A DNA stretch of 64,000 nucleotides from Azolla caroliniana (taxonomy: Eukaryota; Plantae; Polypodiophyta): contig JBHGNT010000018.1 of NCBI GenBank assembly GCA_043228905.1, positions 14,322,001 to 14,386,000 of the forward strand, given 5' to 3'. Of the stretch, positions 24,361 through 36,235 are shown in pieces (positions within the stretch are counted from its first letter, which is position 1; the number at the start of each line of letters is the position of its first letter). The translations under genes and the position numbers were made by a program. Below the pieces are notes generated by a model. The model saw only the letters and a list, made by a program, of their open reading frames with translations. It was not told where the DNA came from and made no database searches.

Positions 24361-26367
24361 ACGACAACCGAACCGGTCACTGCCACTAAACATAACACAT
24401 TCCTGCCTCACGTCACGACAAAGGCGCCACCACCACACTATGATGAAGAACTGGCAGCCCAAACGACGATTGTCAAGAAGGCCAAGGAGGAAATCAACCA
24501 CATCCGTGAGTAGGTTCAGAAACGAGATTCCGAACTACAACACCAACTCAACGCACGGACGATCGAGTATACGAAAACCCTCCAAGAAATGGAAGTGAAA
24601 GTTGTGCTTGCTCTTCAGGCCGCCAACAACGAAGTCGCTGCCAAGCTCCATGATATGGAAGCACAAGGTGCGCTTGCTCTTCACATCGCCAATGAGATAT
24701 CAGCTACCAAGATCCATGAGATAGAGGAGGGGTATCAATTAACAATTGGCAATGGTTCGGTTTGAACCAAACCGAACCGCGAAACCGTGGTTTAACGGCT
24801 TAAAGGGTTTCAACAGTTCGGTTCGGTTCGGTTTCGGTTTGGTTTCAACAGTCAAAAACCGCGGTTTAAACGGTTTAACGGTTTTTTTTTTTTTTTTTTT
24901 TTAAATTCTAAAAAATTTTAAAATTTGTTTTTAAACAATTTTTTCATTTTTACACCTTATTCTCACATTTTAGGAACATCTTAAAAATTCTAAAAATTCT
25001 AAATAATGAAATATTATAAATTTAAAAATTTTAATAATTAAAAATTAAAATTTTGACCTATGTTGAAAACCGAAACCGAACCACGAAACCACGGTTTTTA
25101 CGGTTTAATGGTTTAATGGTTTGAAAAATGTTTAACGGTTCAGTTTCATGGTTTGGTTCCGGTTTCAAAAAAATTAAACGGTTCAGTTCCAAACCGGTTT
25201 GGTTTGGACACTCTCGGACCGAACCGTTGTCAATTGTTAGTATCAATGGGCTTCAGCTATAACAAAAGACCAACTCCTGAGTCTCCAAAACAAGCACATT
25301 GAACTGTAGCAACACTTCAGTAGGCAGCATCAAATGCTATGGGAGTTGGAGGATGAAAAATATACATTGTTTGAGTCCCTCCACGAGCTGCAGACCACGG
25401 CGCAAAGAGACTGGGAGTGGTACCAAAGAGATTGACGAGGAAAAGACTCAGCTCTTTCGAAGGTACGAACAACACGCGGAGCTGATGGAGCAGAAGGTTG
25501 CCAGACTAAGCACCTCGTACCAACTCTAGACAGCTTAGCTCGAACTCAACGTCACGATTGCCAAAAAGGCCATGAACACTCTCCATGTCAAGTATGAAAT
25601 GGGCGAAGAACAAGTGAAGCATTAATTGCAAAACACCGGCAAAAGTTGAACCAAAAAGTCGAAACGGCACTCACCCAAGGATGGAACGAATGGTCAACTC
25701 AAGCAATCGAGTTGCAAGTATTTCGCATAGATGCCGAAAATCAGAAGGAGGGTCATGGATTCTTTAAAATGGACGAGAATAGCATTCAGGTGCTCTGAAA
25801 GGACCTCACTAATGAGTTCCACACTTTGGTTCAGACGCATACCACAACAATCGGAACCCACCTTTTGGAATTCAACGACTATCAACTCCTCCTCACCATT
25901 GAAGCGGATAGGTACGAACGCAAGCGCCTCCAGGCTAAGAAGGAAGAATTGGTCTCTACAACAACAACAACGGAAGTCTTGCCCGAAAATGCAACACAGG
26001 AGCCACACATTGAAGAGCTCATACCCGAGAAAGTCAAGGCCAAGATCAGGACCAAGATAAAGAGCCAGAACCGGAGACAGGGTCGGAACAAGATAAAGAG
26101 GCGAAGGAGGAAGAGGTGATGTGCCCAGAACAGGAACAAGAGACAGCTACCGAACAGGTCCAGGAGCCGAAGCAAGAGGAGGTGACCGAACAAGTCAAGG
26201 AGCCCGAGCAGAAGGAAGCGATTCAACAACTAGCCGAACAAGATGTTGCCCAAGAAACCATTCCAATGAATGCAGAGCAAGGACACAGGGCCGATCTTTT
26301 GGTCGATCTCAAACCGAAGGAGTCAGAGCAAGTGGAGGGCATCACAACGATTTTGGAGGAAGACTAA
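24361..26367 (+). pseudogene. degraded coiled-coil/acidic ORF of unknown origin, interrupted by a MITE
   Basis: E/Q/K/A-rich helical translation reads across the MITE junction; acidic repeats EQVQEPKQEE/EQVKEPEQKE at the end; several stops and frameshifts. Confidence 0.35.
24740..25239. mobile_element. non-autonomous hAT-type MITE (500 bp)
   Basis: 8-bp TSD GTATCAAT (24732-24739, 25240-25247); ~22-bp terminal inverted repeats TAACAATTGGCAATGGTTCGGT / ACCGAACCGTTGTCAATTGTTA; many subterminal AACCG/CGGTT motifs; AT-rich core. Confidence 0.9.
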
Positions 26368-27333
26368 TGTACCATAGAATATTTTAATTCTTTCGATTTT
26401 TTCTGATTGCCATATGTACTCAGTTTTTCGATTTTTTTGAACTGCAACTTTTTGGAATAATTTTCAGGTTCGACATGCAAGGCACTATCCCACGGGCGTG
26501 CCAGGTGTTATCCATGGGACAACATGAACAAGGTGTGAAAAGGATCGTAAAGGATAAGTGCATAGGACAAGTGTGAAAGCAAGAAAAGAACCCAAGCACT
26601 AACAGCCGAGGGAAGTAACTGATTACAAGCGACCAAATGGTAGAAGCTGATTATCAAGAGAAAGTAGTTGGAACGCACCGAAGCGGGAAAGGAAGCTATA
26701 TAATCACGAAGTGACAATATTGTGAATGCATGAATAATGCATGGAGTTACCATACAATTTACTTTAAAAGAAGTTTTAAGAGTAACTAAAAGTGAATTTT
26801 TTGAAGGATGTGATAGGCAACATCATAAAGAGAAAACATCAAGCAATAAAAAACATCATGTATGAGGAGCATGGTGAGGAACGCACGTGTTGGCTAGCTG
26901 TGTGTCGTTGTCCAAGATCTCGCGCAGCGGCTATCGTAGGAGGGAGTTTTGGCCGCTCGTCAGTGGTTGTTCTACTCTGTGGAGCTGTCAGGGTTGCAGG
27001 GAGGGCGTCGAACGCAACAGATTCCTTTCTCCTACAAAGAGTCAACGTCACAGCAAACATTGGAGTGGTTGTCGGTTGCACAGAGCGCCTCAAATGAACC
27101 ACATTGATTGTGAGTTTACCTACCCCTACAGTGTCAGTTACGTTTTTATTAGGGAGTAAGGCTAAGAGTAGAGCATTAGAGGGCAAGGGAGCCAAAGGGC
27201 AACGGGCTACAAGAGAACATGGTGGCAAGGGAGCCATCTGAGGGTAGTAAAACAGATTCAATGTCATCGATTAAAGTACCAACGGCAAGGGTGCCGCCCG
27301 CGCGGTGGGTGGAGTCGAGGTATGCATTACAAA

Positions 27334-27778
27334 TGTCAGGAGTAGTACTAAAGCAGAGATGGAATTAGTACTAAAGAAGAGCAGTACTATTAGTACTAAG
27401 AGGACGGGACTGCGTAAGATTCCCGAGAGAAGAAGTGAGAAGAGAAGAGAGAGAGAGATAGCGAGAAAGAGAGAGAGAAGGATGATGACAGCAGCTCTTA
27501 TATTATGTGAAAAGATAAGTACAAATCGGCTAAGAGGCTTAAGACTGGCGTTGAACCAATTTGGTTCAAAACAATGCCTTGTGCCTCCTTTTATAGTGTT
27601 TTTAGGAATAATCCTGAAGCTTCTAGAATGTTCCAGAGAGATCTGGAATATACATCAATTTTCTATGATAAAGCATAAATGAAAATAATATCCTACAAAT
27701 TACAATTCATAGTCTAATGGTAAGAGCTCGACCCATGTAGCATAAGGTCATGGGTTCGAGTCTTGCCATATCATGACA
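27334..27778 (-). repeat. 3' LTR of gypsy F
   Basis: Near-identical to 38027-38471; adjacent to the PPT. Confidence 0.95.
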
Positions 27779-27814
27779 CTATCTCCCCCTTATAAGGTTC
27801 AAGAAGAGATAGTG

Positions 27815-30517
27815 TCATGTCACACGATCGGGAATGGTGTTTGCTTTATAAGGTTCAAGAAGAGAACAATGGAAAACCGGATGTATCTGAAGCTGCGGAG
27901 GGAGATCAAGGTGGAATGTGACATCATTAATCTTACCCGTAATACGGAAGGGACCGAGTCGTCGATAATCCAACTTGTCGCACGGTCGAGTAGTCTTGAT
28001 GTGACAACGTAAGAGCCATACTCGATCTCCGATGGCAAAAGAGGAGGGAATCCGATGACGATCCGCATAAGTCTTCTGTGTGTGTTGAGCATGACGAAGG
28101 TGAGTAGAGAGATCCATCTGGATCTTGCGTAGCCTCTCCAAATGATCCTCGGCACGAGGGTTGGTAGGTAGCTCCGGGGTGTCGATCACCGACCAACGAG
28201 GATGGAAACCAGTATAAGCGAAAAATAGGGAGACCCGAGTCGAGGAGTGAATAGCATTATTATACGCAAACTCCGCAAAGTGGAGAATCTCGGCCCAATC
28301 GTCCTGTTGATAACTCAGGAAACACCGGAGATATTGCTCCAGCGTTTGGTTTGTTCATTCCGCCTACCCGTCGGTCTGAGGATGGTAGCCGGAGGAGAGA
28401 TTGCAGGAGACCTTGAGCATCTTGAAGAGATGCTGCCAAAATTTGGAGACAAATTGCGGTCCTCGGTCACTGATGATACTGTCTGGGAGGCCATGATGCC
28501 GAAATACCTCACGCATAACAAGGGCGGCGGTTTCCTCGCTAGTGATGGCTTTAGTACACGGCACAAAATGTGCCATCTTCGTATATCGATCGACGACGGT
28601 TAGGATAGAATCAAACCCCTTCAAGACCGGTAGATCTGTGATAAAATCAAGACAAATAGACTGCCACAGCTTACTTGGAATCGGTAAGGGTTCCAACAAG
28701 CCATATGGATGGTGTCGTGGCATCTTTGCTCGGCAGCAAGCATCACAGGTCCGAATGTAGTCGTCGACAAAACAGCGCATGTGGGGCCACCAAAAAGATC
28801 GTTGCACTAGCTCCAACGTCTTAGTACTACCGAAATGTCCCGCCATATGGGTGTCGTGACAATGCTGGACAATTTGAAGGCGACAGGAGCAATCGGGGAC
28901 ATATACGCGCTTTTTAAAGAATAACAAACCATCATGATATTCGAATTGTCGGTAGTCAATACCTGGTTGTTGAGACCGAGAATAGGATGCCCGAGAAGTA
29001 TCAATGTGCGCCAGGATGTCTTGAGCAAAACTATCTGTCTTCAAGGTTGCACGTATGTCATCGATAATCCGTGAATCCATCGGGGTGTGAAAAATCCGCG
29101 TCGTGTGCAATCGTGTTGGTCCCAAGATTACTTGCTTTTGATTATCAAATGTTGCATCACCAGGACGAGGTGCAAGATATGAACACCGTGATAGTGCATC
29201 TACTTTTCCTTGCTGCTTCCCCGATCGATATGTGATTTTGAAGTCGAAACGCGTGAGGAATTGCGCCCACCGAGCTTGCCGTCGATTTAGTACGCGAACG
29301 TTCTGAAAATAAGCAAGATTTTTATGATCGCTAAAGACAATGACCTGATGTGGAGAGCCCTCTAAAAAATGCCGCCATTGTACAAATGAATCCACGATGG
29401 CTAATAACTCCTTGTCATGTATTTCGTAGTTGATTTCTGCGACATCGAATTTGTGCGAATGGAAAGCCACCGGATGCAACTCTTCTTTATCTCCTGGTTG
29501 AGAAAGGATGCTACCGAGGGCGAAATCTGATGCGTCGGCCTCCATGATGAATGGTTTGCTTGTATCCACATGAGCTAGAATCGGTGCTGATGTAAAGGCT
29601 TTCTTAAGATGCCGAAAAGCCATATCTGCTTCTATGGACCAAAGAAATGCTTGGCCCTTCTTCGTAAGTTGTGTGAGAGGTAAAATAATCTTCGAGTAAT
29701 CCTGTATAAACTTACGGTAGAAGTTAGCAAAACCTAGAAAACATTGTACATCTCGTACCGACCGTGGAATTTGCCACTCTAGTACAGTTTGGATTTTAGC
29801 TGGATCCATGGCGATGCCCTTTGAGGAGATGACGTAGCCTAGAAATTCCACTTGCTTACAGTCAAAGCTACATTTTTCTAGCTTGGCATAAAGACCATTC
29901 TCGCGAAGTCACTTTAGTACTAATAGTACATGAGAATCGTGCTCTTCCTGGGTCTTCGAATAAATCAATAGATCATCCAGATAAATGATCAAACAGATAT
30001 CCAAGAGGTCTCTGAATATATCATTTGCCATGTGTTGGAAGACTGCGGGTGCATTGGTTAGGCCGAACGGCATAACAGTATACTCGAAATGCCCATACCG
30101 CGTGCGAAAGGCGGTCTTCCATTCATCTCCCGGTCGGATCCGCACGAGGTTATACGCTCCTCGTAGGTCAATTTTAGTAAAAAACTTGGCACCATTAACT
30201 CGCTCTAAAAGACTTGATATAAGAGGAAGTGCATACCTATTCCGGATGGTGACTTTATTCAATCCACAGTAATCAACGACAAGACGAAGTGAGCCATCTT
30301 TCTTCTTGACAAAGAAGATGGGTGCACCGGCCGGAGATTTCGAATGACGGATGAACCCGCTTGCCAAGTTCTCCTCTATGTAGGCTCGAAGGACTTCTAA
30401 CTCGGTGGGTGACAAGTTGTAAATTGGTCCCCATGGTGGCTCGGTTCCTGGTTGTAAATTGATGGGACAGTCATAGGGACGGTGATGAGGAAGGGTACCG
30501 GCTTTTACCTTGTCAAA
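27815..30517 (-). pseudogene. gypsy F pol (RT, RNase H, integrase), disrupted; no chromodomain
   Basis: ORFs 29909-30415, 28364-29851 and 27815-28189. Confidence 0.9.
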
Positions 30518-30522
30518 TACAT

Positions 30523-30931
30523 TGTCATGAACACATGACCATTATGGCGTCACTCGGACTTGAACCTCGAACCTTGTAATTCATACTTGAAAACCTCAAC
30601 CATTAAGATAGCTTATTGTTATATGAAACAATAAAAGCTACTTCTTGTATTACATTGATTATTGTAAAAACTCTAGATTATTCTAGAATGTTCTAGAATG
30701 TCCTAGAGCATTCTAGGTCTAGAACATTCTAGAACATTCTAGAAATCTCTAAGCTATTCTATAGGAACCTATAAATGAGCGCATACATGTATTCTCAAAT
30801 CAATTCGAATCAACACCAGTCTTTAGCTCTCATTACATATCTTGTATCCATTCTCTTTCTTTCTCTATCTTATACATACATTCTTCTCTATCCTTCTTCC
30901 ATCACTCTATCTTTTATCCTTGGTTCTGACA
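30523..30931 (+). repeat. 5' LTR of gypsy G
   Basis: Near-identical to 35822-36230; TATAAAT at 30770; tandem TCTAGA-containing repeats at 30672-30745. Confidence 0.95.
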
Positions 30932-30940
30932 GTTTGATTC

Positions 30941-30945
<5 letters not shown>

Positions 30946-30988
<43 letters not shown>
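30946..30988. repeat. (CT)n microsatellite in the leader of G
   Basis: Direct reading. Confidence 0.9.
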
Positions 30989-30992
<4 letters not shown>

Positions 30993-31017
30993 CCTCCTTT
31001 GTAACCATCCTGAAACC

Positions 31018-32181
31018 ATGGCTGCCATTAACTCAGAAGAATATCTCACCCTTGTTGCAGAAATGGAGAACCTTAAATCCAAGTTCGCATCTCTTGAAGT
31101 AGAGAATCAACGTCTACTTGGGGATCTACAAAAGGTTACTATAGAGAAGCAACAACAACAAGAGGAGTTCACGCGACGAGTGCAACAGTTAGAGTCGACA
31201 ATCGTCGTGTTACAACAACAAAGGGTTGAAGGTCAGGGACTTATCAAGGAGCCCAAAATTAGCCTCCCAGCTAAATTTGATGGGTCGAGGGTGCATTTCC
31301 GAGGTTTTTTGAATCAAGTACGGTTGGTGATTCAAATGCATCCCGCACGTTATCCAACAGATGCATCACGAGTCGGGCTAGTGGGCACTTTATTGACTGG
31401 CATAGCGTTGTCGTGGTTTGCTCCATTGCTAGAGACCAATTCTCCTCTACTGAATAATTTCGAGGAATTTATCAAGGAATTTAAGGCTTGTTTCGGAGAT
31501 ACTGATGGGGCGAGAACAGCTATCAACAAGATTCGTACACTTCGTCAAGGTGATCAACCAGCTTCAACATATGCTGCCAATTTCCGTCTCATCGCAAGCG
31601 ATATTCCTTGGGATGAACAAGCCCTAATGGAGCAATTCCGTTCATGCCTTCGTAGTGATGTCAAAGACTTACTTCTTACCTTCCCCGAGGATCCAAGGTC
31701 ACTTACAGAAGCTATTAGTCGAGCAATACGGTGTGATAATCGCCTTTTTGAGCGTCGATGTGAGCGACAACAACAAATAACAAGATCTAGATTCACACCA
31801 ACTTATGCATCAGTAACAGCGCAATCATCCCCAAGGCAAATGTATAGCCCTGCTCCAACTCCAAGGCAAACACGTAGTCCAGTCCCAATGGATAGTCCTA
31901 CACCCATGGAGATCGATATGACTCAACGACGAGGACCGTTGTCAGACGAAGAGAAGCAACGTCGTCGAGCAAACCATCTGTGCTTATATTGTGGAGGTTC
32001 AGGACATATAGCCATTCATTGCTCCCGTAGGCCGAGACGTCAGGTAAATCAAATTCACTATGACAATAAAAATGAGTCCAACATTTTAGAAGTAGTTAGT
32101 GAATCTAATATTATGAATAATCCACCCTTGTCCAATAAATTTGAAGTCCTAAGCCAATTAGAAGAGGAGTCAAACGAATAA
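31018..32181 (+). CDS. Gag of gypsy G (PEG10/sushi-like capsid, coiled coil, CCHC knuckle)
   Basis: ATG 31018; LPAKFDG, PMEID and CLYCGGSGHIAIHC motifs. Confidence 0.9.
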   Translation: MAAINSEEYLTLVAEMENLKSKFASLEVENQRLLGDLQKVTIEKQQQQEEFTRRVQQLESTIVVLQQQRVEGQGLIKEPKISLPAKFDGSRVHFRGFLNQVRLVIQMHPARYPTDASRVGLVGTLLTGIALSWFAPLLETNSPLLNNFEEFIKEFKACFGDTDGARTAINKIRTLRQGDQPASTYAANFRLIASDIPWDEQALMEQFRSCLRSDVKDLLLTFPEDPRSLTEAISRAIRCDNRLFERRCERQQQITRSRFTPTYASVTAQSSPRQMYSPAPTPRQTRSPVPMDSPTPMEIDMTQRRGPLSDEEKQRRRANHLCLYCGGSGHIAIHCSRRPRRQVNQIHYDNKNESNILEVVSESNIMNNPPLSNKFEVLSQLEEESNE

Positions 32182-32207
32182 GTCCGGCCAAAATAGGAGC
32201 CATTTGG

Positions 32208-35200
32208 TTGGACAACCCTAGATATGTACACCCTAGTGTGGGTTCCATTTCTTCCAAGCATGTTAGTAGAGTCTTCTTAGCCCTAGTACAAGTTAGGACA
32301 CCTAGTTGTCAACTTCAAGTCCAAGCCCTCTTAGATACTGGAGCCAATTCTTGTTTCATGGATAGAGATTTTGCCCAAAAACACCAAATATCCTTGCATA
32401 CACTTCCTTGTCCAGTTTCCGTAGTAGTGATTGATGGACGCCCCATAGCTTCCGGGAAGATATTTGAAGAGTCTGAGCCAATACACATACTCTTGGGTGA
32501 TTTAGGATGTGTAGTTTCCTTTAACATAATCCGTAGTCCTGAGCATCCAATTGTCCTCAGTTTGCCATGGTTCGAGCTACATAACCCTAGAATCGATTGG
32601 AGGAAACGAGAAATTAGGTGCCCTTTAGCAGAAAATATCATTGTCAAGGATCGAACTCGAGATTATCCTCCCAAAGTATATAGTTCTACCGATGCACCAT
32701 ATCCTTCTCATAAAATTTCAGCCATCACATTGCAACAATTGCACCAAGTGGGAGGCAAGGAGGACCTTTTCTTATTTGCAGTATCAGTGACACCTTCTAG
32801 TGTCACTCAAGGGAATTCAGACATCCAAATTCCCAAAAAATATCAAGACTATGCTGATGTTTTCGACAAAGTCAAAGCTAGTGTTCTTCCAAAGCATCAG
32901 CCGTACGACTGTCCTATTGATCTCCAACCAGGAAAAGAGCCTCCGTGGGGTCCGATTTACAATTTATCACCCACTGAGCTTGAGGTTCTTCAAGAATACA
33001 TCGAGGAAAATCTTGCACATGGGTTTATTCGACATTCAAAGTCTCCAGCTGGTGCTCCTATCTTTTTTGTGAAGAAAAAGGACAGCTCCCTTCGTTTGGT
33101 CGTGGACTATCGAGGCTTAAATAAAGTCACCATAAGGAATAGGTATGCTTTACCTTTAATCTCCAATCTCTTAGAACGCATTGGTGGGGCAAAGCATTTT
33201 ACCAAAATTGATCTAAGGGGTGCATATAATCTTGTTCGAATTCGGCCGGGAGATGAGTGGAAAACAGCATTTCGTACTCGGTATGGTCATTTCGAGTATA
33301 CAGTCATGCCTTTTGGGCTCACAAATGCACATGTCGTATTCCAACATATGGCAAATGACATCTTTCGGGATTTCTTGGATATTTTTCTAATCATCTACCT
33401 AGATGATCTATTGATTTACTCTAAAACACAGGGGGAGCATGATATACATGTGCGGCAAGTACTTGAACGCCTAAGGAAGTATGGTCTTTACGCCAAACTT
33501 GAGAAATGCAGTTTTGATTGCAAACAAGTCGAATTTTTGGGATACACTATTTCATCCCAGGGTGTTTTCATGGACCCGGCAAAAGTCCAAACAATATTGG
33601 AATGGAAACCCCCATGCTCAGTTCGGGATGTCCAGTGTTTCCTCGGATTTGCAAACTTCTATCGCAAATTCATACATAATTATTCAAGCATTGTGTTGCC
33701 CCTTACTCGACTCACCAAGAAAAATCAAGCATTTTTTTGGAGTATCGAAGCAGACAAGGCTTTTACGTAGCTGAAAGAGGCATTCACACCAGCACCCATC
33801 CTAGCACATATTGATCCTGAAAAGCCATTTACTATTGAGGTGGATGCATCAGACTTTGCATTGGGGAGTATCCTATCGCAACCAGGCGAGGATGGGCAAA
33901 TACATCCAGTCGCGTTTCACTCGAGAAAGTTTATTGTTTCGGAGATAAACTATGAGGTGCATGACAAGGAGTTACTAGCTGTGGTCGACTCATTCGAGCA
34001 ATGGCGTCATTTTCTAGAAGGATCACCTCATCAGATTATCATTTATAGTGATCACAAAAATCTCACATATTTTCAAACAGCTCGAGTATTAAATAAACGA
34101 CAAGCTCGGTGGGCCCAATTTCTAACGCGTTTCGATTTCAAGATCATTTTTCGCCCCCGAAAACAACAAGGGAAAGCAGATGCTCTGTCTGGGCGTTCGT
34201 ATCTAGCACTTCGACTTGGAGATCCGGCCTTTGACAATCAAAAGCAAACTCTCCTCGGGCCATCAAAGCTACAGGTAACAACAATTTATGCCACACCACT
34301 TGATTCTACCCTTCTTGACACTATTCGGCAACAACTTCATTCGGATGATTTTGCTAAGGATGTCTTAGCCCACTGTGGTTCAAGTCGTCCATCTTGCTCC
34401 ACATTGCCAGGGTCATCTCAACATTATCAGGACTTCAAGTGGCAAGATGGTTTACTCTTCTACAAGAATCTCATTTACGTCCCCGACGGATCACCCCGAC
34501 TTCAAGTGTTGGAACATTGTCATGATGCCCCCATGGCTGGACATTTTGGTATTTCCAAGACCATTGAGCTGGTGAAACGTTCGTTTTGGTGGCCTCACTT
34601 GCAAAAATTTGTCGAAGATTATGTTCGCACTTGTGACACCTGCTGTCGCGCCAAAATACCCCGGCATCACCCTTATGGCTTACTACAACCATTACCCCCT
34701 CCCAACAAGCCATGGCAGTCTATTTCTATGGATTTCATTACGGATCTGCCACCTTCCAAAGGCTTTGATACTATTTTAACAGTAGTGGATCGGTTCACCA
34801 AGATGGCACATTTTGTACCATGTGTAAAGACCATTAATAGTGAAGAAACTGCAGATCTCATTATGCGTGAAGTGTTTCGCCATCATGGTCTCCCGAATGA
34901 TATTATTAGCGATCGAGGTCCTCAATTTATCTCACACTTTTGGAAGCACCTATGGGCAGGCCTCAAAATCTCTTGCAAACTCTCTTCGGCTTACCATCCA
35001 CAAACTGACGGACAAACAGAGCGCACAAATCAAACGCTCGAGCAATATCTTCGATGTTTCATTAGTTATCAACAAGATGATTGGAGTAAAATTTTACATC
35101 TTGCCGAGTTTGCATACAACAACACGGTCCACTCTTCTACCAAAGTTACACCTTTCTTTGCCTACACCGGCAACCACCCTCGATGGTGTATACTGGATCT

Positions 35201-35837
35201 TCCCGAGGTGTCACGAAACCCTAGTGCGGCGCATCACCTCCACCGACTACAACAAATCCAGTTCGAGTTATCGTCACATCTTTAGAAAGCGCAAGCACAC
35301 CATAAGACCAATGTCGATCGACATCGTCTTAAGTCTCCGTTTAAGGTTGGTGACCGTGTATGGTTGCTTTGTCGTCACATCAAGACTACCCAACCGTGTG
35401 CTAAGCTTGACTATCAACGCTTAGGTCCTTTTGTCATCATGGCGCAGATTAATGATGCAACATTTCGTCTTAACCTTCCTGCACATATGCGACTTCACCC
35501 TGTCTTTCATAGCTCACTTTTGGAACCTTGCCACACCTCTTTAATTCCTAATCGTGTCGTGCCACCACCGCCTTCTGTACAACTTGTGGACGGCCCCGAA
35601 TACGAGGTAGCTGCTATTCTCGATTCTAAGATTGTGCGCAATAAGCTTTATTATCTAGTTGATTGGCTTGGTTATCCTCCGAGTGATCGCACTTGGGAAC
35701 CCATCGATAATGTTTGTAATGCTAAAGCTCTGGTCAACGACTTCCATCGTCACTATCCAAACAAGCCCGGCCCAACAATGTTAACGCCGACTTCCACTCG
35801 GCGTTCTCGAAGGAGGGATAGTGTCATGAACACATGA
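32208..35837 (+). pseudogene. Pol of gypsy G (protease, RT, RNase H, integrase, chromodomain), two in-frame stops
   Basis: ORFs 32208-33770, 33840-35285 and 35364-35837 share a frame (-1 relative to gag); LLDTGA, YLDD, YEVAAILD…YLVDWLGYP…TWEP. Confidence 0.92.
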
Positions 35838-36230
35838 CCATTATGGCGTCACTCGGACTTGAACCTCGAACCTTGTAATTCATACTTGAAAACCTCAACC
35901 ATTAAGATAGCTTATTGTTATATGAAACAATAAAAGCTACTTCTTGTATTACATTGATTATTGTAAAAACTCTAGATTATTCTAGAATGTTCTAGAATGT
36001 CCTAGAGCATTCTAGGTCTAGAACATTCTAGAACATTCTAGAAATCTCTAAGCTATTCTATAGGAACCTATAAATAAGCGCATACATGTATTCTCAAATC
36101 AATTCGAATCAACACCAGTCTTTAGCTCTCATTACATATCTTGTATCCATTCTCTTTCTTTCTCTATCTTATACATACATTCTTCTCTATCCTTCTTCCA
36201 TCACTCTATCTTTTATCCTTGGTTCTGACG
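35822..36230 (+). repeat. 3' LTR of gypsy G
   Basis: Matches the 5' LTR; terminal CA changed to CG. Confidence 0.95.
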
Positions 36231-36235
36231 TACAT

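Larger units (their letters stand above)
30523..36230 (+). mobile_element. Ty3/gypsy chromovirus G (Tf1/sushi/Tcn1-like) nested in F
   Basis: 409-bp LTRs 30523-30931 and 35822-36230; TSD TACAT (30518-30522, 36231-36235); PPT AAGGAGGGATAG 35810-35821; C-terminal chromodomain. Confidence 0.96.

Noticed and set aside
24750-25230. CRISPR-like or satellite-like AACCG/CGGTT repeats
   Set aside because: Irregular spacing, bounded by terminal inverted repeats and an 8-bp TSD; these are subterminal repeats of a hAT MITE.
27305-27682. 125-aa ORF and its near-duplicate at 38016-38375
   Set aside because: Antisense reading of the two LTRs of gypsy F; GA-rich low complexity, not a gene.
30775-31017. Hydrophobic N-terminal extension of G Gag resembling a signal or TM segment
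   Set aside because: Translation of the CT-rich LTR and microsatellite, starting upstream of the predicted transcription start.
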